Translations under genes and position numbers: made by a program
Notes under the pieces: generated by a model
Seen by the model: the letters and a program-made list of their open reading frames with translations, nothing else
Databases searched by the model: none
Told to the model about the DNA's origin: nothing
From: Podarcis erhardii
Lineage: Eukaryota
NCBI GenBank assembly: GCA_964252035.1
Contig: OZ176210.1
Length of the DNA: 64,000 nucleotides
Strand: one strand, 5' to 3'
Shown: one piece after another, positions 35,265 to 47,688 of the stretch
How positions within the stretch are numbered: position 1 is the stretch's first letter
How the letters are laid out: the number at the start of each line of letters is the position of its first letter

Positions 35265-36320
35265 CTAGGCAACCCCTTAAGCTCTCTCTGCAAGGTTGCT
35301 TTAGTAGCCATTCGCAACACAAATGATAAACAGCAGCAAGTGGATCTGAACAAGGCTTGCTGCATGATGACCTACATAAATGACCCAAGAAGCAGTAAAA
35401 CATTTTAACCAACGACCCGTAACCGAGAATTTATCCTATTCTGGAGCAATTCACACACACACTGCTTTCTTTCAGCTTCCATCTTTGAAAGCCGCTACAT
35501 GGGTGTTTCATTATAGCATCTCCTACCCATGAGAGCTTGCTTATTACGAGTTTTCTTCTGTCTTTACCAACACCTCTGAGCTTATTACATTTTCGCGGTA
35601 TTTCCCATATGGCTTTCTCTCACGTCTCTCTCTCCTTCTACCCAAGGCAGCAAAACTGACATGGTTTTTATTAGTTTTACTCCTGCCTAGGGGCCTGTGC
35701 TGAACATCAACCATGAAAAATTATGAGCTTTTAAAATTTCTTCCTTCTTTTTAATTTTACTACTCTGAAAGCCTCGTTGGCAGGGGGGAGCCAAAAGCAG
35801 GTTGGAGTCGATAAGACTGTTATTAGTTCAGAGAAGTGGGACTTGCCAGAAAATATTACAGTATGGAGTGTTCCTGCTCAGGGTTCCAGCCAGCCAGTGC
35901 TCTTTCAGGACACTCCATTACATTCCCTCTCTCCACTTCTGTTTCTATTCCTTTTCTGAGGTGCCTTTTCTGTCCACACTGAACATACTGCCTGCCCACC
36001 CTGCTTGGGGTTTGGTACATATTTTGCAGCAGCGTGACCAAGGAAACAGTCTAGTAAGACTGGTGACTGAAAGAATAAACTTAAAGGTTTATTAATCATG
36101 GCAAACAAAGCAAAAAGAGGTTTTTACATGTGGCCAAGATGGAGCCAAGAAGCTAACACCGGAACATGCAAACTCGTTTTTGGACCAGGGATGTGGGTGG
36201 GTTAAACCACAGAGCCTAGGAAAACCAATCTGTGAGGAGTAAGAACAGGGGGCCTTTCTGTTTATTGCACCTCCCCACACCACTGGTCCAAGTAACTTAT
36301 TGCAAGCCCTTTGTGCAGTA

Positions 36321-36568
36321 CAGTGGTACCTCTAGATGCGAACGGGATCCACTCCAGAGCCCCGTTCGCATCTAGAAGCAAATGTAACCAGCCACGGCAC
36401 GTCTGCGCACGCACACGTCGCTTTTCGCCGCTTCTGTGCATGACGTCATTTTGAGCGTCTGCGCATGCGGCAAAACCCGGAAGTAACACGGTCGGTTACT
36501 TCCGGGTTGCTGCGGAGCGCAACTCGAATGCGCTCATCCCGAAGCGCATTCAACCCGAGGTATGACTG
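36321..36568. mobile_element. Tc1/mariner MITE, 248 bp
   Basis: TA|cagtggtacctctag ... cgaggtatgactg; same family and orientation as 45207. Confidence 0.82.
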
Positions 36569-36670
36569 TGCTCCTATTCGAAATGCATAAAAATAGGATC
36601 AGACACATTCTGCTCAATAGGACCGACTAATCAGAGCACGCCTGTCATGTTAATTCATCGCAGCAGCTTT

Positions 36671-36930
36671 AAGTACATAAGAACAGCCTGCTGGATGAGG
36701 CCAATGGTTCAACCAGGCGAACAACCGGCTCTCACAGGGACCAACCAGATTCCTAGGAGAAGCCTGAAACAACAGCCATCTGCCCACTGTTACTCCCAGG
36801 AAAACGGCACTCAGGAGCAATGTGCTTCCAACTGCGCAGGGGAGATCACAGCCATTGTGGCTGGTGGTGTTCTATAGCCTTCTCTTCCACGAATTAGTCT
36901 AACCCTCTTTCAAAGCCATCCAAGTTGGTG
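36671..36930 (-). mobile_element. CR1-like LINE 3' fragment
   Basis: cataagaacagcctgctggat... is the reverse complement of a CR1-type 3' end; related fragments near 26303-26500 and 1490-1600. Confidence 0.55.
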
Positions 36931-37510
36931 GGCGACACTTTGAAAAGCGCTTAAAACTTAATGGATCTAGGCAATAACATACTCGCGAAAATTTCTAGCG
37001 TTGAATCTCCCTTTTGCGCTGTAGGAAATGTAAACCAGGCTGATCCATTGTGTTGATTTGTGTTTTATTTCCCTCCATAACCCTGTGCCTTTTAGCGTGC
37101 ATGATCTTATTTGTTCTCTAGATTTATGCTTACATAAAACTAAATAGTGGCCTTTCTTTCGCTGAAATTGTGTGATGGCTGGTTACTTAAAATGCAATCA
37201 AATCTGCCTGGCCTGGCTTAGAAAGAGAGGAAGAGGCCATTCCAGCAATGCAGAATTGACATCAGTCAGTTTGTCCTGGGCTTCACCATGGTGAAGGGAC
37301 TTATTTATTTTTTTGCCAGGGGTGGGGTATTATCTTTTATAATAACTTTTCAGCAACAGGCAAGTGTAATCAATAAACCTCACTGCTGGTTTGGTTGCAA
37401 GGTGGGCGACTAACAGCAACAAAATCTTTCCATGCTAAACAGCTTCGTCAACAACCTGAAAACGGCCCAGATCTAATCTTCTAATTCTCCGCTCAACACC
37501 CGCAATTTAC

Positions 37511-37789
37511 CTTTCCGTGTTCTTTCCTCATGTGGGATATGTAAACATCTCTCTGAGTAAACAGGCGATCACATTCCCAACACGTCCAGCCGGGATTGGG
37601 GACTTTCTGGGGCTCTGCTTTCTTCACAGGGGAGGGGGACTTCTTCTCTGTCTTTTCTGTCCCGTTGATGGATTTGGAGTCCTCCTTGTTGTGACTGACC
37701 GAGTTCTGAGTGGTGGGCTTCGTGCTCAGCGGCAAACTGATACCCAGGTTCGGAGGCCCCTCGACACTTTTCAGCGTCCCGTGCATAGA
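37511..37789 (-). CDS. ZNF532: ZNF532 coding exon 5 (279 nt; SMHGTLK...KEHGK)
   Basis: gaattag|TCT acceptor, AAG|GTAAAT donor; matches ORF 37493..37786. Confidence 0.96.
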
Positions 37790-37877
37790 CTAATTCAAAA
37801 AGAAAGAACAAAGCAAGGTGGTACTTGCTATCTAGAGAGAATACAAGGTGCGATGACCAGCAGGCGGAAGGCTGGAG

Positions 37878-38458
37878 AAGCCAGTGTGGTGTAGTGGTTA
37901 GCACGTTGGACTAGGACCTGGGAAGCCAACAGGGTTCAAATCCCCACTCTGCCACAAAACTCACTGGGCATAGCTGTCAAGCATCCCTTATTTGGTGGGA
38001 CAGTCCCTTATCCCAGCGCCATGTCCCGCTGCTGTCCCTTATTGATGATGTCCCTTAAATAAGCTACTGAAGGTAATGGGGCCCTTTCTACGTCCAGCTG
38101 TGCTTTGTCAACAACAAATTGTTGCTTTTTTGTGTTGAATATATGCTATATGGTAATTTATGGACCTAATAGGTATCTAAAGCCATTTGCATGCAACAAA
38201 ATATGTATTTTATCAAAGTAATGGTTGATCCCTTATTTTGGCTGCCGGTCTCTTATTTTTGAGGCTGCTGGTCCCTTATTTTCAAATCTGTAAGTTGACA
38301 GCTATGTCACTGGGTGACCTTCGGCCAGTCACTCGCTGCCAGCCTCCCAGGGTTGATGCGAGGATAAAGTGTGGAGGAGGAGAACTACGAAAGCCACTTT
38401 CAACTCCTTGGACGAAAAGCAGAATGCAGATATGTGATAAATAAAATAAAATAAATGC
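37878..38458 (+). mobile_element. Older Squam3-like SINE interrupted by a hAT MITE
   Basis: tRNA-like head at 37878-37960; body resumes after the MITE TSD; (AAAAT)n tail. Confidence 0.7.
37969..38306. mobile_element. hAT MITE (TIR catagctgtcaa), 338 bp
   Basis: Perfect 12-bp TIR; TSD tcactggg at 37961-37968 and 38307-38314. Confidence 0.9.
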
Positions 38459-38868
38459 TTGTAGATTAAGTTTCACGAATCCATGGCATCCATAGGCCAA
38501 TGTACAGAGGCAGCAAAAACCACATGACACAGCTGGACTGTACCACTTCAAAGATGGGGGACTGCATGTCTGAATTCCCCCTACCCGCCATTACCTTGCA
38601 CAGAGAGAGCTGCCATGTTGGGGGGGGGAGTGTTCTAGACTAGCCTTTCCCCTTATATTCTGTCAAGGTTGTCTGCTATGGATAAAAATCTCACCGAGGA
38701 ATCCCTGGGTTTGCCCAGAACACAAGCTGAAAGTCACTGCAGTAAAGCCAATAGCTTAAAAGCAGAAGTCCAGTGGGAAAAGGCTACTGATTGCCTAATG
38801 CCTTAGTATAAATATATATATCATTATAAATACCAAAGTTCAAAGGAATGAAACTACCAGAAGTAGTA

Positions 38869-39216
38869 AGGTAAAGGGACCCCTGACCACTAGGTCCAGT
38901 CGTGAACGACTCTGGGGTTGTGGCGCTCATCTCGCTTTATTGGCCGAGGGAGCCAGCGTACAGCTTCCGGGTCATGTGGCCAGCATGACTAAGTCACTTC
39001 TGGAGAACCAGAGCAGCACACGGAAGCGCCGTTTACCTTCCCACCAGAGTGGTACCTATTTATCTATTTGCATTTTGACGTGCTTTCAAACTGCTAGGTT
39101 GGGTGGAGCAGGGACCGAGCAACAGGAGCTCACCCCATTGCGGGGATTCGAACCGCCGACCTTCTGATCGGCAAGTCCTAGGCTCTGTGGTTTAACCCAC
39201 AGCACCACCCGCGTCC
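38869..39216 (-). mobile_element. Full-length Sauria SINE with 15-bp TSD
   Basis: ctaccagaagtagta at 38854-38868 and 39217-39231. Confidence 0.93.
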
Positions 39217-39719
39217 CTACCAGAAGTAGTAGTCAGCCTCAAAACACCACTCCAGAAAAATCTTGTGGGGGGTTGTTTTCTTTTAACCTATAAAATAGAG
39301 AAAGAAAAAGTCTCTGAAAGTGAATTCCGTAACTTCATAGTAATCTGCATGAAGTTTAGAATCTATGCAGATTAAGGGAGCGACCATAACTCAGTAGTAC
39401 TATAGCGCAGAGGCTGGGACATCTCTCATCATCCATGACTGCAGGCCACGCTGGCTGCGGCTGATGAAAGCTGCAGACCAACAATATTTGGAAGGCATCG
39501 CACTGCACGCCTGGCATAAGGTCCAGGTTCAGGCTTTGATCTATTCAGTTCAAAGATTTGGGAAAGTCCTCTGCTCTGAGACTTGGGGCAGAGCAGCTGC
39601 CAGACTGAGTAGACAGTACTAGGTTAAGCAGTTTAGTGACCTGGTTCCTAGAATATAATGCCGTTTCACGGGTTCACAGTTTTATTGTTCGCAAGCCTGC
39701 TCCCCTGCATCTAACCTGG

Positions 39720-40191
39720 TGTCAGGAACGTCCCCGTCCCCCCTGAGCGCAGGGGAAGTGTTAGACTCAGAAATCGAACTAGGTGAACGAGGGTCTGACT
39801 CTGCAGATGAGAACTGGCTGACAGTCGAGAAAGGGAAGTTTGACCGCCCTTCCTAGGGAAGACTCTGTTGGCTCTCAGGAAGAGGTGGAGTTGTACGGCA
39901 GCCAGAGCACTGCTAGGCAATCAGCAGATAAGCAGAGGTCTGAGTCAGTGTCAAGTGGGAGTGGGAGCAGGCCAGTCTCTCAGTCCCCATTCTAGCCGTC
40001 TGGATAAGATCAGATGGCAACGGAAGGGCAAAAGGGGAAAGGCGGGAGTTTGGTGTCCTTCCTCCTGTGGGAGGGATGAAAATTCAGACCGACCAACTAT
40101 TGCAAATGCGAGCAGGCAAGAAGCTGGGCTCTGGGTGTGTCTTTTTTGTAAATAAACGTGCATAAAACTGCCGGAGAGTCATTACATTACA
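39720..40191 (+). mobile_element. Solo LTR-like element (472 bp)
   Basis: TGTCAGG...CATTACA termini as in the 34852 element, AATAAA at ~40151; no TSD found. Confidence 0.65.
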
Positions 40192-40279
40192 GGCTTGCTT
40201 GCCTGCCAGAGATCATTACACCTACTTTCATCTACTTCTGGTGGCTCCCCATTATGGTTGCCAAACAAAGTCCACACAC

Positions 40280-40442
40280 CTTGATATGATCCATCATGAG
40301 CTGCTTCTGTGCGTACAAAAGCGAACAGTCTGGACACTTGAAGACAGACACTTTCTGGTTTTCGATGTGTTGGTCAAAGTGGCGATACAGCAAAGGCTGC
40401 AGGGTAAACACTGTGTCGCACATGGAGCATTTGTAGATTATC
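40280..40442 (-). CDS. ZNF532: ZNF532 coding exon 4 (163 nt; IIYKCSMCD...MMDHIK)
   Basis: ttttaaaag|G acceptor, AAG|GTGTGT donor; contained in ORF 40232..40510. Confidence 0.96.
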
Positions 40443-41486
40443 CTTTTAAAAGAAAAACACACAGAAAAAGGCAGTTGAAAAAATAATGTCAGTCCGTTGC
40501 GGCATTTCATTTATTCCAAAAGACTGCATTATTGGCACAGGTTTTTAAACCGTACCCCAATTTTCTGTCCCACAAAGGGGCTGCTCAAAATGAAAAGCAG
40601 GCAGGTAGAGATTTGGACCCTCGTCTCCCAGGTCCTAATCCAGCACTCTAACCACTACCTCATACTGCCTCACAGGGCAGTGTGAAATTGTAGGTGAAGC
40701 TAACCACACATAAGCCCAATGCATGGAAGCAATGCCCGAAAAGGCCCAGATATGTAGGTCACTCAGTGGCAATCAGGCGTTTTCATTTCTAAGGCTCATA
40801 AGAACAACCTTTGCAAAACTGAAAGTAGTGCTTGCATGGCAATGGGCTTTCAAACGACCCCTTGAGGCTGTAAATCATCTTGGTGGTTTCAGTGCCTTTC
40901 CATAAACGCAGACAAAGGACTCTTGCTCCTAATAAGGGAAGCATTACCAGCCACTTATCATTAGAACTGACACTGAATTTTCACCCGGAGCAAAATTCAG
41001 CTGAAGAATTGGAGGGACGTCAAGGGGAGCCGGAGGAACGTTTGAAAGGAACGGCAAAAATAATAATTAAATTCTCATTTTGCACATTCCTCCTTTTTCT
41101 ATGAAGATGCATTGTAGATGCTGTATCTGCATTATGCATTTATAACAGCGGCATACCGGTTCTGACTTAAGAAACCCTGGGAAATGTAATCTAGCAAGGA
41201 TGCTTAGATTTCGCTATTAAAGACCCTTATCATTCTCTCACACAGAGTGCTCCCTTGGGAGAGGAATGGCCATTTGCATCTGGAGTGAGCATAGATAAGG
41301 CGTGGGGAAACTGCAGGGTTTTTTGGGGGGGGGGGTTCCAGCCTCTCGTACCCATTGCCCCGCCTACATTTGCCTCTAGCTCCACCCATTTTTTTGCCTC
41401 TGGCCCTGCCTACCATTGATGTGTGGCCTCTGGAAAGCTGTCCATAAGGGGGACATACCCTTGGGCTGAAACAGGTTCCCCTAGAC

Positions 41487-41622
41487 CAGTGATGGCCAAA
41501 CTTGTCCCTCCAGCTGTTTTGGGACTACAACTCCCATCATCCCTAGCTAACAGGACCAGTGGTCAGGGATGATGGGGATTGTAGTCGCAAAACAGCTGGA
41601 GGGCCAAGTTTGGCCATCACTG
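41487..41622. mobile_element. Palindromic hAT MITE (136 bp)
   Basis: TIR cagtgatggccaaactt; TSD ccctagac / ccctaggc. Confidence 0.85.
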
Positions 41623-41630
41623 CCCTAGGC

Positions 41631-41956
41631 CAGGAGTCCGCAACCTTTAAGACAAAAAGAGCCACTTGGACCCGTTTCTGAAGGAAAAAAAACTGGGAGC
41701 CGCAAAACCATTGTGACATTTAAAACAAATATATCTCCGGAGCCGCGATCTGACAGCGGGCGGGAAGGTGACGTCGGGACAGTGCATGACTAACCCACGC
41801 ACCGCCGCTATGCGACATCACAGCCAGTGCAACGCCCGCCACAGTGGGGAGTGTCGGGGTGCACAATGCGCCTCCTCCCCTCGCTAGTATCTGCCCCAAA
41901 TACAAAGGTGTAAAAGAGCCACATGCGGCTCCGGAGCCACGGGTTTCAGACCCCTG
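41631..41956. mobile_element. hAT (Charlie-like) MITE, 326 bp
   Basis: Termini caggagtccgcaacc / ggtttcagacccctg; flanks ccctaggc / ccctagac. Confidence 0.75.
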
Positions 41957-42027
41957 CCCTAGACCATCAGCAAGGAAGTACTGAAGTGGATATGAGAAAT
42001 CTGGGGAGAGGAAAACAGCGAGGCTTC

Positions 42028-42543
42028 GGTATAACACTGACAAAAACAGAGTGGCTTGCCAAATTATTGGAGTATTACAACATATCCAAAACAATGGGAG
42101 AAATGGGAAGGATCTCAAAAGAGAAGATAGACAGGGACTAGAAGGTGTTTAAAGGATACTTGCAAAACCATACTGAAAAATCAGAACTCCTATTACAATA
42201 AACAAGTTCCGTTTTAAATACTGAAATGCTAAATAAGATGGATAACAATGTGTAATAGAAAAAAGAGCATGAAATTAGGTTAAAGGTGTGTGAAAGAAAG
42301 TAATAGAAGTGGAAAGAAATTGCAACTGAGTAGACTGGAAGTCTAACACAAAGGTGGGGTGAGGGGTGGTGGATGGTGATGGGAAAAGGAATTATCTGCG
42401 GGATTGAGTGTAGGTATGTTTGAACATTTTTAAGGATTGTATGAAATGTATGAAATGTATGTGTGTATGCTTGTATATTCGCAATATGTGTGTATTAATA
42501 CTGAATTATTTTAATAATAAAAACTTTAAAAAATAAGAAAAAA
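42028..42543 (+). mobile_element. 5'-truncated L1-like 3' fragment with 17-bp TSD
   Basis: gaaaacagcgaggcttc at 42011-42027 and 42544-42560; EWLAKLLEYY resembles the ORF2 end. Confidence 0.8.
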
Positions 42544-42992
42544 GAAAACAGCGAGGCTTCAACCGCTGCAAAATCCCTATTTGAAAGGTCGGCTCTGTGT
42601 GGGAAAACGTGACCTAAAATTTGCTTTGACGCAAGACCTTTTCAACACGCTAAAAATAAACGGATCTCTGTGCAACTTTTTCAGTTACACGGGAGCAGGG
42701 TGCTCATACACTCTCACCAATTTCACTCATAACCTTCTTGAATTAAGCATTCTAAGCACATGCTGTCGAACATGCTGCTCTTTTGTCTCATTTATATATT
42801 GCACCTGTCCTTTAATTTTAGAAGCACAGTGGAAAGTAGGAGAACCAGCTCTTGCCAGGACTTTTCCCGCTTCTCTGATGGCATATGGGGAGTTCTGGTC
42901 ATGACACGCAACATTCATTTCTGAGCATGATAACCGTAGCATTGCAAGTCAATAGTTAAGTCAAGTAGGATGCAAAGATCAGAGCTGCTTAC

Positions 42993-43169
42993 TTGGGCTC
43001 CCCTATCTTGATTCCAGGGTGCTGCGTATAGGCGTGGGAATGAGTGCTGGGCGCCGACTTGAATGCCATTGGACAAATGGGACACTTGTAGAAGACTTCA
43101 CAGTGAGAACCTTGGATGTGGGATTTGAGCGCCGCCACATCAGAGTATACCACATTGCAATGGACACAG
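42993..43169 (-). CDS. ZNF532: ZNF532 coding exon 3 (177 nt; [10 protein letters not shown]...IGEP)
   Basis: cttgcag|C acceptor, AA|GTAAGC donor; phase 2/2. Confidence 0.96.
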
Positions 43170-43348
43170 CTGCAAGAGATAGAGAGTTATGTCAGTGTTT
43201 TCTGTTGTGCAGTGCAACGCAACACCGTAGGGTCTAAGTGCTAGCATCCTTCTACAGCGTGTAGAAAATGGCCAAGGACACAGCTATAACTGTACACAGA
43301 ACAAATAAAGGATACAAAATGTCTCCAGTATGCTACTCTTTCCAAGTA

Positions 43349-43815
43349 CAGTGGTACCTTGGTTCTCAAATAACTTGGAACTTAAACACTGCAAACCCGG
43401 AAGTAAGTGTTCTGATTTGCGAACTTTTTCCAGAAGCCGAACATCCTCCGTTTTGAGTGTTATGCTTCTGATCTGAGTGCCATGCTTCCGTTTTGAGTGT
43501 TACACTGAGGTCTGTCTGTTTTTGCTATTTCTTTTGCATTTTTGTGGCTTTTTGGTTTTGTTTTTGTGACTATGTGGAACTGATTGATTGATTGATTGTG
43601 TGACTGCAGTACATTGAATACTGCTTTCATTTTATCGATCAGAGGTCTCATTAGATAGTAAAATTCATGTTAAATTGCTGTTTTAGGGGTTGTTTTTAAA
43701 TGGATTAATCCCTTTTGCATTACTTTCTATGGGAAAGCACGCCTTGGTTCGGGAACGCTTTGGTTTTGGAATGGACTTCCGGAACGGATTATGTTTGAGA
43801 ACCAAGGTACCACTG
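43349..43815. mobile_element. Tc1/mariner MITE, 467 bp
   Basis: TA|cagtggtaccttggttctcaaa ... gagaaccaaggtaccactg|TA. Confidence 0.88.
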
Positions 43816-44560
43816 TATCACTGAAAGATTCTCAACCCTGGGGCACACGGCCCAAAGGACTGTGGCCCAGACCAAGGATTTTATCTCCCTCTGTACAAGG
43901 TTGGTAAGAAGCCGACAGCTCTGTTCTGCATGCAGGAAAAGTCTCACGATGAAAGAAGCAAAAGATAAAACAAAAACCCCTGTGACCCTCTCTCCCTTTC
44001 TGATATCATGCCACAAAGATACTCATAGGTGGAACAAAAGCATAGTTCAGAACCGTGCCGAAGTAGCCTGCATACTTTGAGCAGCTGTGCTTTAACAAAC
44101 CTACCAATATTAATGAAAATGTCATCCCCCAAATTTGAAGCTTGAAGATGCTGTACAGCTAGAGTGGCCAGATGCCAAGGCAAGGAGGTTTTTGCATCTT
44201 GCCCCTGGAAAAATTATGTGGCTAACATATTCCCACATATTTACTCATGGAATTTGTTCTAGAAGAAGCATGTTGAGAGTCAATTCAAAATATCCTCATC
44301 AAGTGGATTAGCTACCACAAAATACCATAATGATTATTCCGAAATATGCATATAACAGATTTTGAAACTTGTTTAAAGACTAAGCTTTTAAAATTTGGCC
44401 CCTTGCTATGTGCCTGTAGATTCAGGTATTAAAAAAAAAAAAAAGTACTCGAATAATTATGTGGCACTAACAATATGCCATTTCCCCTGAAGTTTTGGCT
44501 TTTCGAAACTTTATACAGCATACCACTACACAGTCTCAAAAGTATTTTTATTATACTGAC

Positions 44561-44742
44561 CGAAATCCAACTCTTCGAGTGTAGTGCAGGCAGTTCTTTG
44601 TGACGTGGGTCTGGAAATGTACCGATCTACAGATTGCACCACACTCGGGACACGTGTACGGCGATTTGTGCTGATGAATTCTCTGATGCGATGCAAAGCT
44701 GCACAGGTTGGGAAGCAGCATTTGACATATACTACACGTCTT
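44561..44742 (-). CDS. ZNF532: ZNF532 coding exon 2 (182 nt; [23 protein letters not shown]...RVGF)
   Basis: tgtgtag|AAG acceptor, TTTCG|GTCAGT donor; C2H2 fingers; phase continuous. Confidence 0.96.
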
Positions 44743-45206
44743 CTACACAATAAACCGGAAACAAATGAGATGATAAGCCAATTGTTTGCCCTGGGCACAC
44801 GTTAACATTTAATAAAGGTAGTTACGATTCATCATCATCATCATCATAGAAAGTACCATTATGGGTGTTTCAGTTAAAAGGGATAAGAACAAAGCAATAA
44901 AACGGACCCATTACACCACTGTTCCTTTAAACTGAATTCCTGTCTCTTAGGTCCAGGTTAAGAAAGGACAGGTGCATTATATCCTGTAAAGTACAGGTAA
45001 TTGCATTTGCTAACCACATTCACTGTCACAACTCTTTCTCCTTCTCTTCTAATTAGATTAGAACCTAAGGGTTGAATCCAACAAAGTCATTCCGCTTGAG
45101 CTATGAACGTTCTCCTTCCTTTGCTTTGCATTTTCTTTTCTATATAAAGTTTTGTTAACATTTTTTCACAATACAAGACAAGCTAATCTACACCCAAAAA
45201 ATAATA

Positions 45207-45466
45207 CAGTGGTACCTCTAGATACGAACGGGATCTGTTCCGGAGCCCCATTTGCATCTAGAGGTAAACGTAACTAGAGACGGCACGTCTGCGTACACAC
45301 GCGTCGCTTTTCACCGCTTCTGCGCATGCATGTGACGTCATTTTTAGCGTCTGTGCATGCGCAAGCAGCGAAACCCGGAAGTAATGTGCTCCGTTACTTC
45401 CGGGTTGCCGAGGAGCGCAACTCGAACATGCTCAACTCGAAGCATATTTAACCCGAGGTATGACTG
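45207..45466. mobile_element. Tc1/mariner MITE, 260 bp
   Basis: TA|cagtggtacctctag ... cgaggtatgactg|TA. Confidence 0.85.
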
Positions 45467-46646
45467 TAAAGAGAAAAGAAAAGCGATAGTGAAAGAAGAA
45501 TTCAAGATCCGCTCACAAATATATCTTAACTGTTGCCTCATACAAAGATATGTCCCTTCACCTCTCATCCCTCTCTTCTCCCAGCCTCCCTCCCCTTCCT
45601 TTGCTTTCATATTCTCATACATCAAAAAGCATAATGACAACAATAAAGAAGGGAGTAAAGGAAAAGAAATCAAAGCAAGGAAGGAAGGAAAACAAAAGAA
45701 AGGAAGGATGCGAGGAGAAAGGAGGGAGTATTCAAAAAAACGACATTATAATTCCAGTCAATTGCCTTTCGTCAGCATGTTATCCAAGAATGTTTTTCCA
45801 AAGGTACCCATGAGAAGAGGGCAGCTGCCAGTCATGTTCCTTGACTTTAATGGGTTCAACAAACGGATGCCAAACTTTAGAAAAGTTGTCCTTTTTCGGA
45901 TTGTGTAGAGTTCCGATATATTTTGCTAACTTTTCCGTTAGTTCCAAGCCCATGTAATTTGTTCGGGCCAGTTGGGAGAACCACCAAAGTTTGGGGGGGG
46001 GCGTTGGAGGGGGGGGGTTGCGCAGGTGGAGGAAAGGGAAAGTTATGTTGCACAAGCAGAAATCATTCCACTTCCTTGTGCAGAGTCATTGTTAGATGCA
46101 GCCCTGAAGGGTTAAACTCCATAAAGGAGGAACCTTGCCTTCTCTTGCTTAAGTTGTAAATGAAACATCATGTGCTTTACGGACTGTATTGAAAGGCATG
46201 GGGGGAGGCTCCCTTTTTATTCAAGAAGAAATCAGAAACTTTAGGGAAGTTGAAAAACCCAACAGGAATGAGCTGTTTTTCATAACTCATCGTCACTTCA
46301 AAACCCTGATCCACAGCTGTAGCAAATGAGGTTTGCGGATGGGTTGCAAAGACTGGTGGGGGTGTCATGGCACCCACAACAAATCTACATCAGGCTATGC
46401 TGATTTTGTTTTCGTACTGCTCTTCCTCCAGAGCTCTGGGTGGTGTTATGCATCCAGACAACAATATTGGTTAACCTGAGAGACAGAAACTGGCTCAAGA
46501 TCAGCCAGGAAGCCATGCAGCTGGACAGGGTTTTGAATTCAGTTCTGTCTGGTCCAGCTCGTGAACCCTCACAAACCCCATAGGTCAGTTCCATCTCCCC
46601 AAGCTTTGAGTCCGGTTATTCCCTGGGGATGGGAGACAGCATCAAT

Positions 46647-47021
46647 AGGTAAAAAGGTAAAGGTCACCTGGACGGTTAAGTCCAGTCAAAGGCGACTATG
46701 GGGTTGCAGCGCTCATCTCACTTTCAGACCGAGGGAGCCGGCGTTTGTCCACAGACAGCTTTCCGGGTCATGTGGTCAGCATGACTAAACCGCTTCTGGC
46801 GCAACGGAACACTGTGACGGAAACCAGAGCGCACGGAAATGCCATTTACCTTCCTGCCACAGCTGTACCTATTTATCTACTTGCACTGGCGTACTTTCGA
46901 ACTGTTAGGTTGGCAGGAGCTGGGACAGAGCAACAGGAGCTCACCCCGTTGTGCGGATTCGAACCGCCAACCTTCTGATCTGCAAGCCCAAGAGGCTCAG
47001 TGGTTTAGAGCACAGCGCCAC
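46647..47021 (-). mobile_element. Sauria SINE (second subfamily)
   Basis: Full body and AAAGGT tail; possible degenerate TSD gcatcaa. Confidence 0.88.
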
Positions 47022-47163
47022 TACTGCATCAACATCCTATGTCCACACCAACTCTCAGAACCTTGGAGGAAAGAGCAGTATAGAAACAGAACAAGAGAGT
47101 ACAGCAGGAATGAATGTAATGTTGACCCTGTGATGTTGAAACTGCAGAGACCCTTGCTGTCTT

Positions 47164-47164
<1 letters not shown>

Positions 47165-47197
<33 letters not shown>
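47165..47197. repeat. (TCAA)n microsatellite
   Basis: Direct reading. Confidence 0.9.
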
Positions 47198-47198
<1 letters not shown>

Positions 47199-47343
47199 CA
47201 GCTATTATAATATTTCGCAAGAGAAAATTTTCAGCACTGTTTAGTCTTTTATCTGCCCCTCCCCACCAGCTGTCAATATCAGACTCACTTCTTTGGAATA
47301 TAATCTTAATCATGTGTTGGCCCCATCAACACAGCAGTATCCA

Positions 47344-47644
47344 ACACTGAGGTCCAGCGCCAAGGGCCTTCTGGCGGTTCCCTCGCTACGATAAGCCAAG
47401 TTACAGGGAACCAGGCAGAGGGCCTTCTCAGTAGTAGCACCCACCCTGTGGAACGCCCTCCCACCAGATGTCAAAGAGAAAAATAACTACCAAACTTTTA
47501 GAAGATATCTGAAGGCAGCCCTGTTTAGGGAAGCTTTTAATGTTTAATAGATTATTGTATTTTAGTGTTTTGTTGGAAGCTGCCCAGAGTGGCTGGGGAA
47601 ACCCAGCCAGATGGGCGAGGTATAAATAATAAATAATAATAATA

Positions 47645-47688
<44 letters not shown>
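47344..47688 (+). mobile_element. LINE (L2-type) 3' fragment with (AAT)n(GTT)n tail
   Basis: Same family as 12650-13011. Confidence 0.75.

Noticed and set aside
16-46978. Recurrent short ORFs ending ...TPLRGFEPPTF that look like a gene family
   Set aside because: They are antisense translations of Sauria SINE copies.
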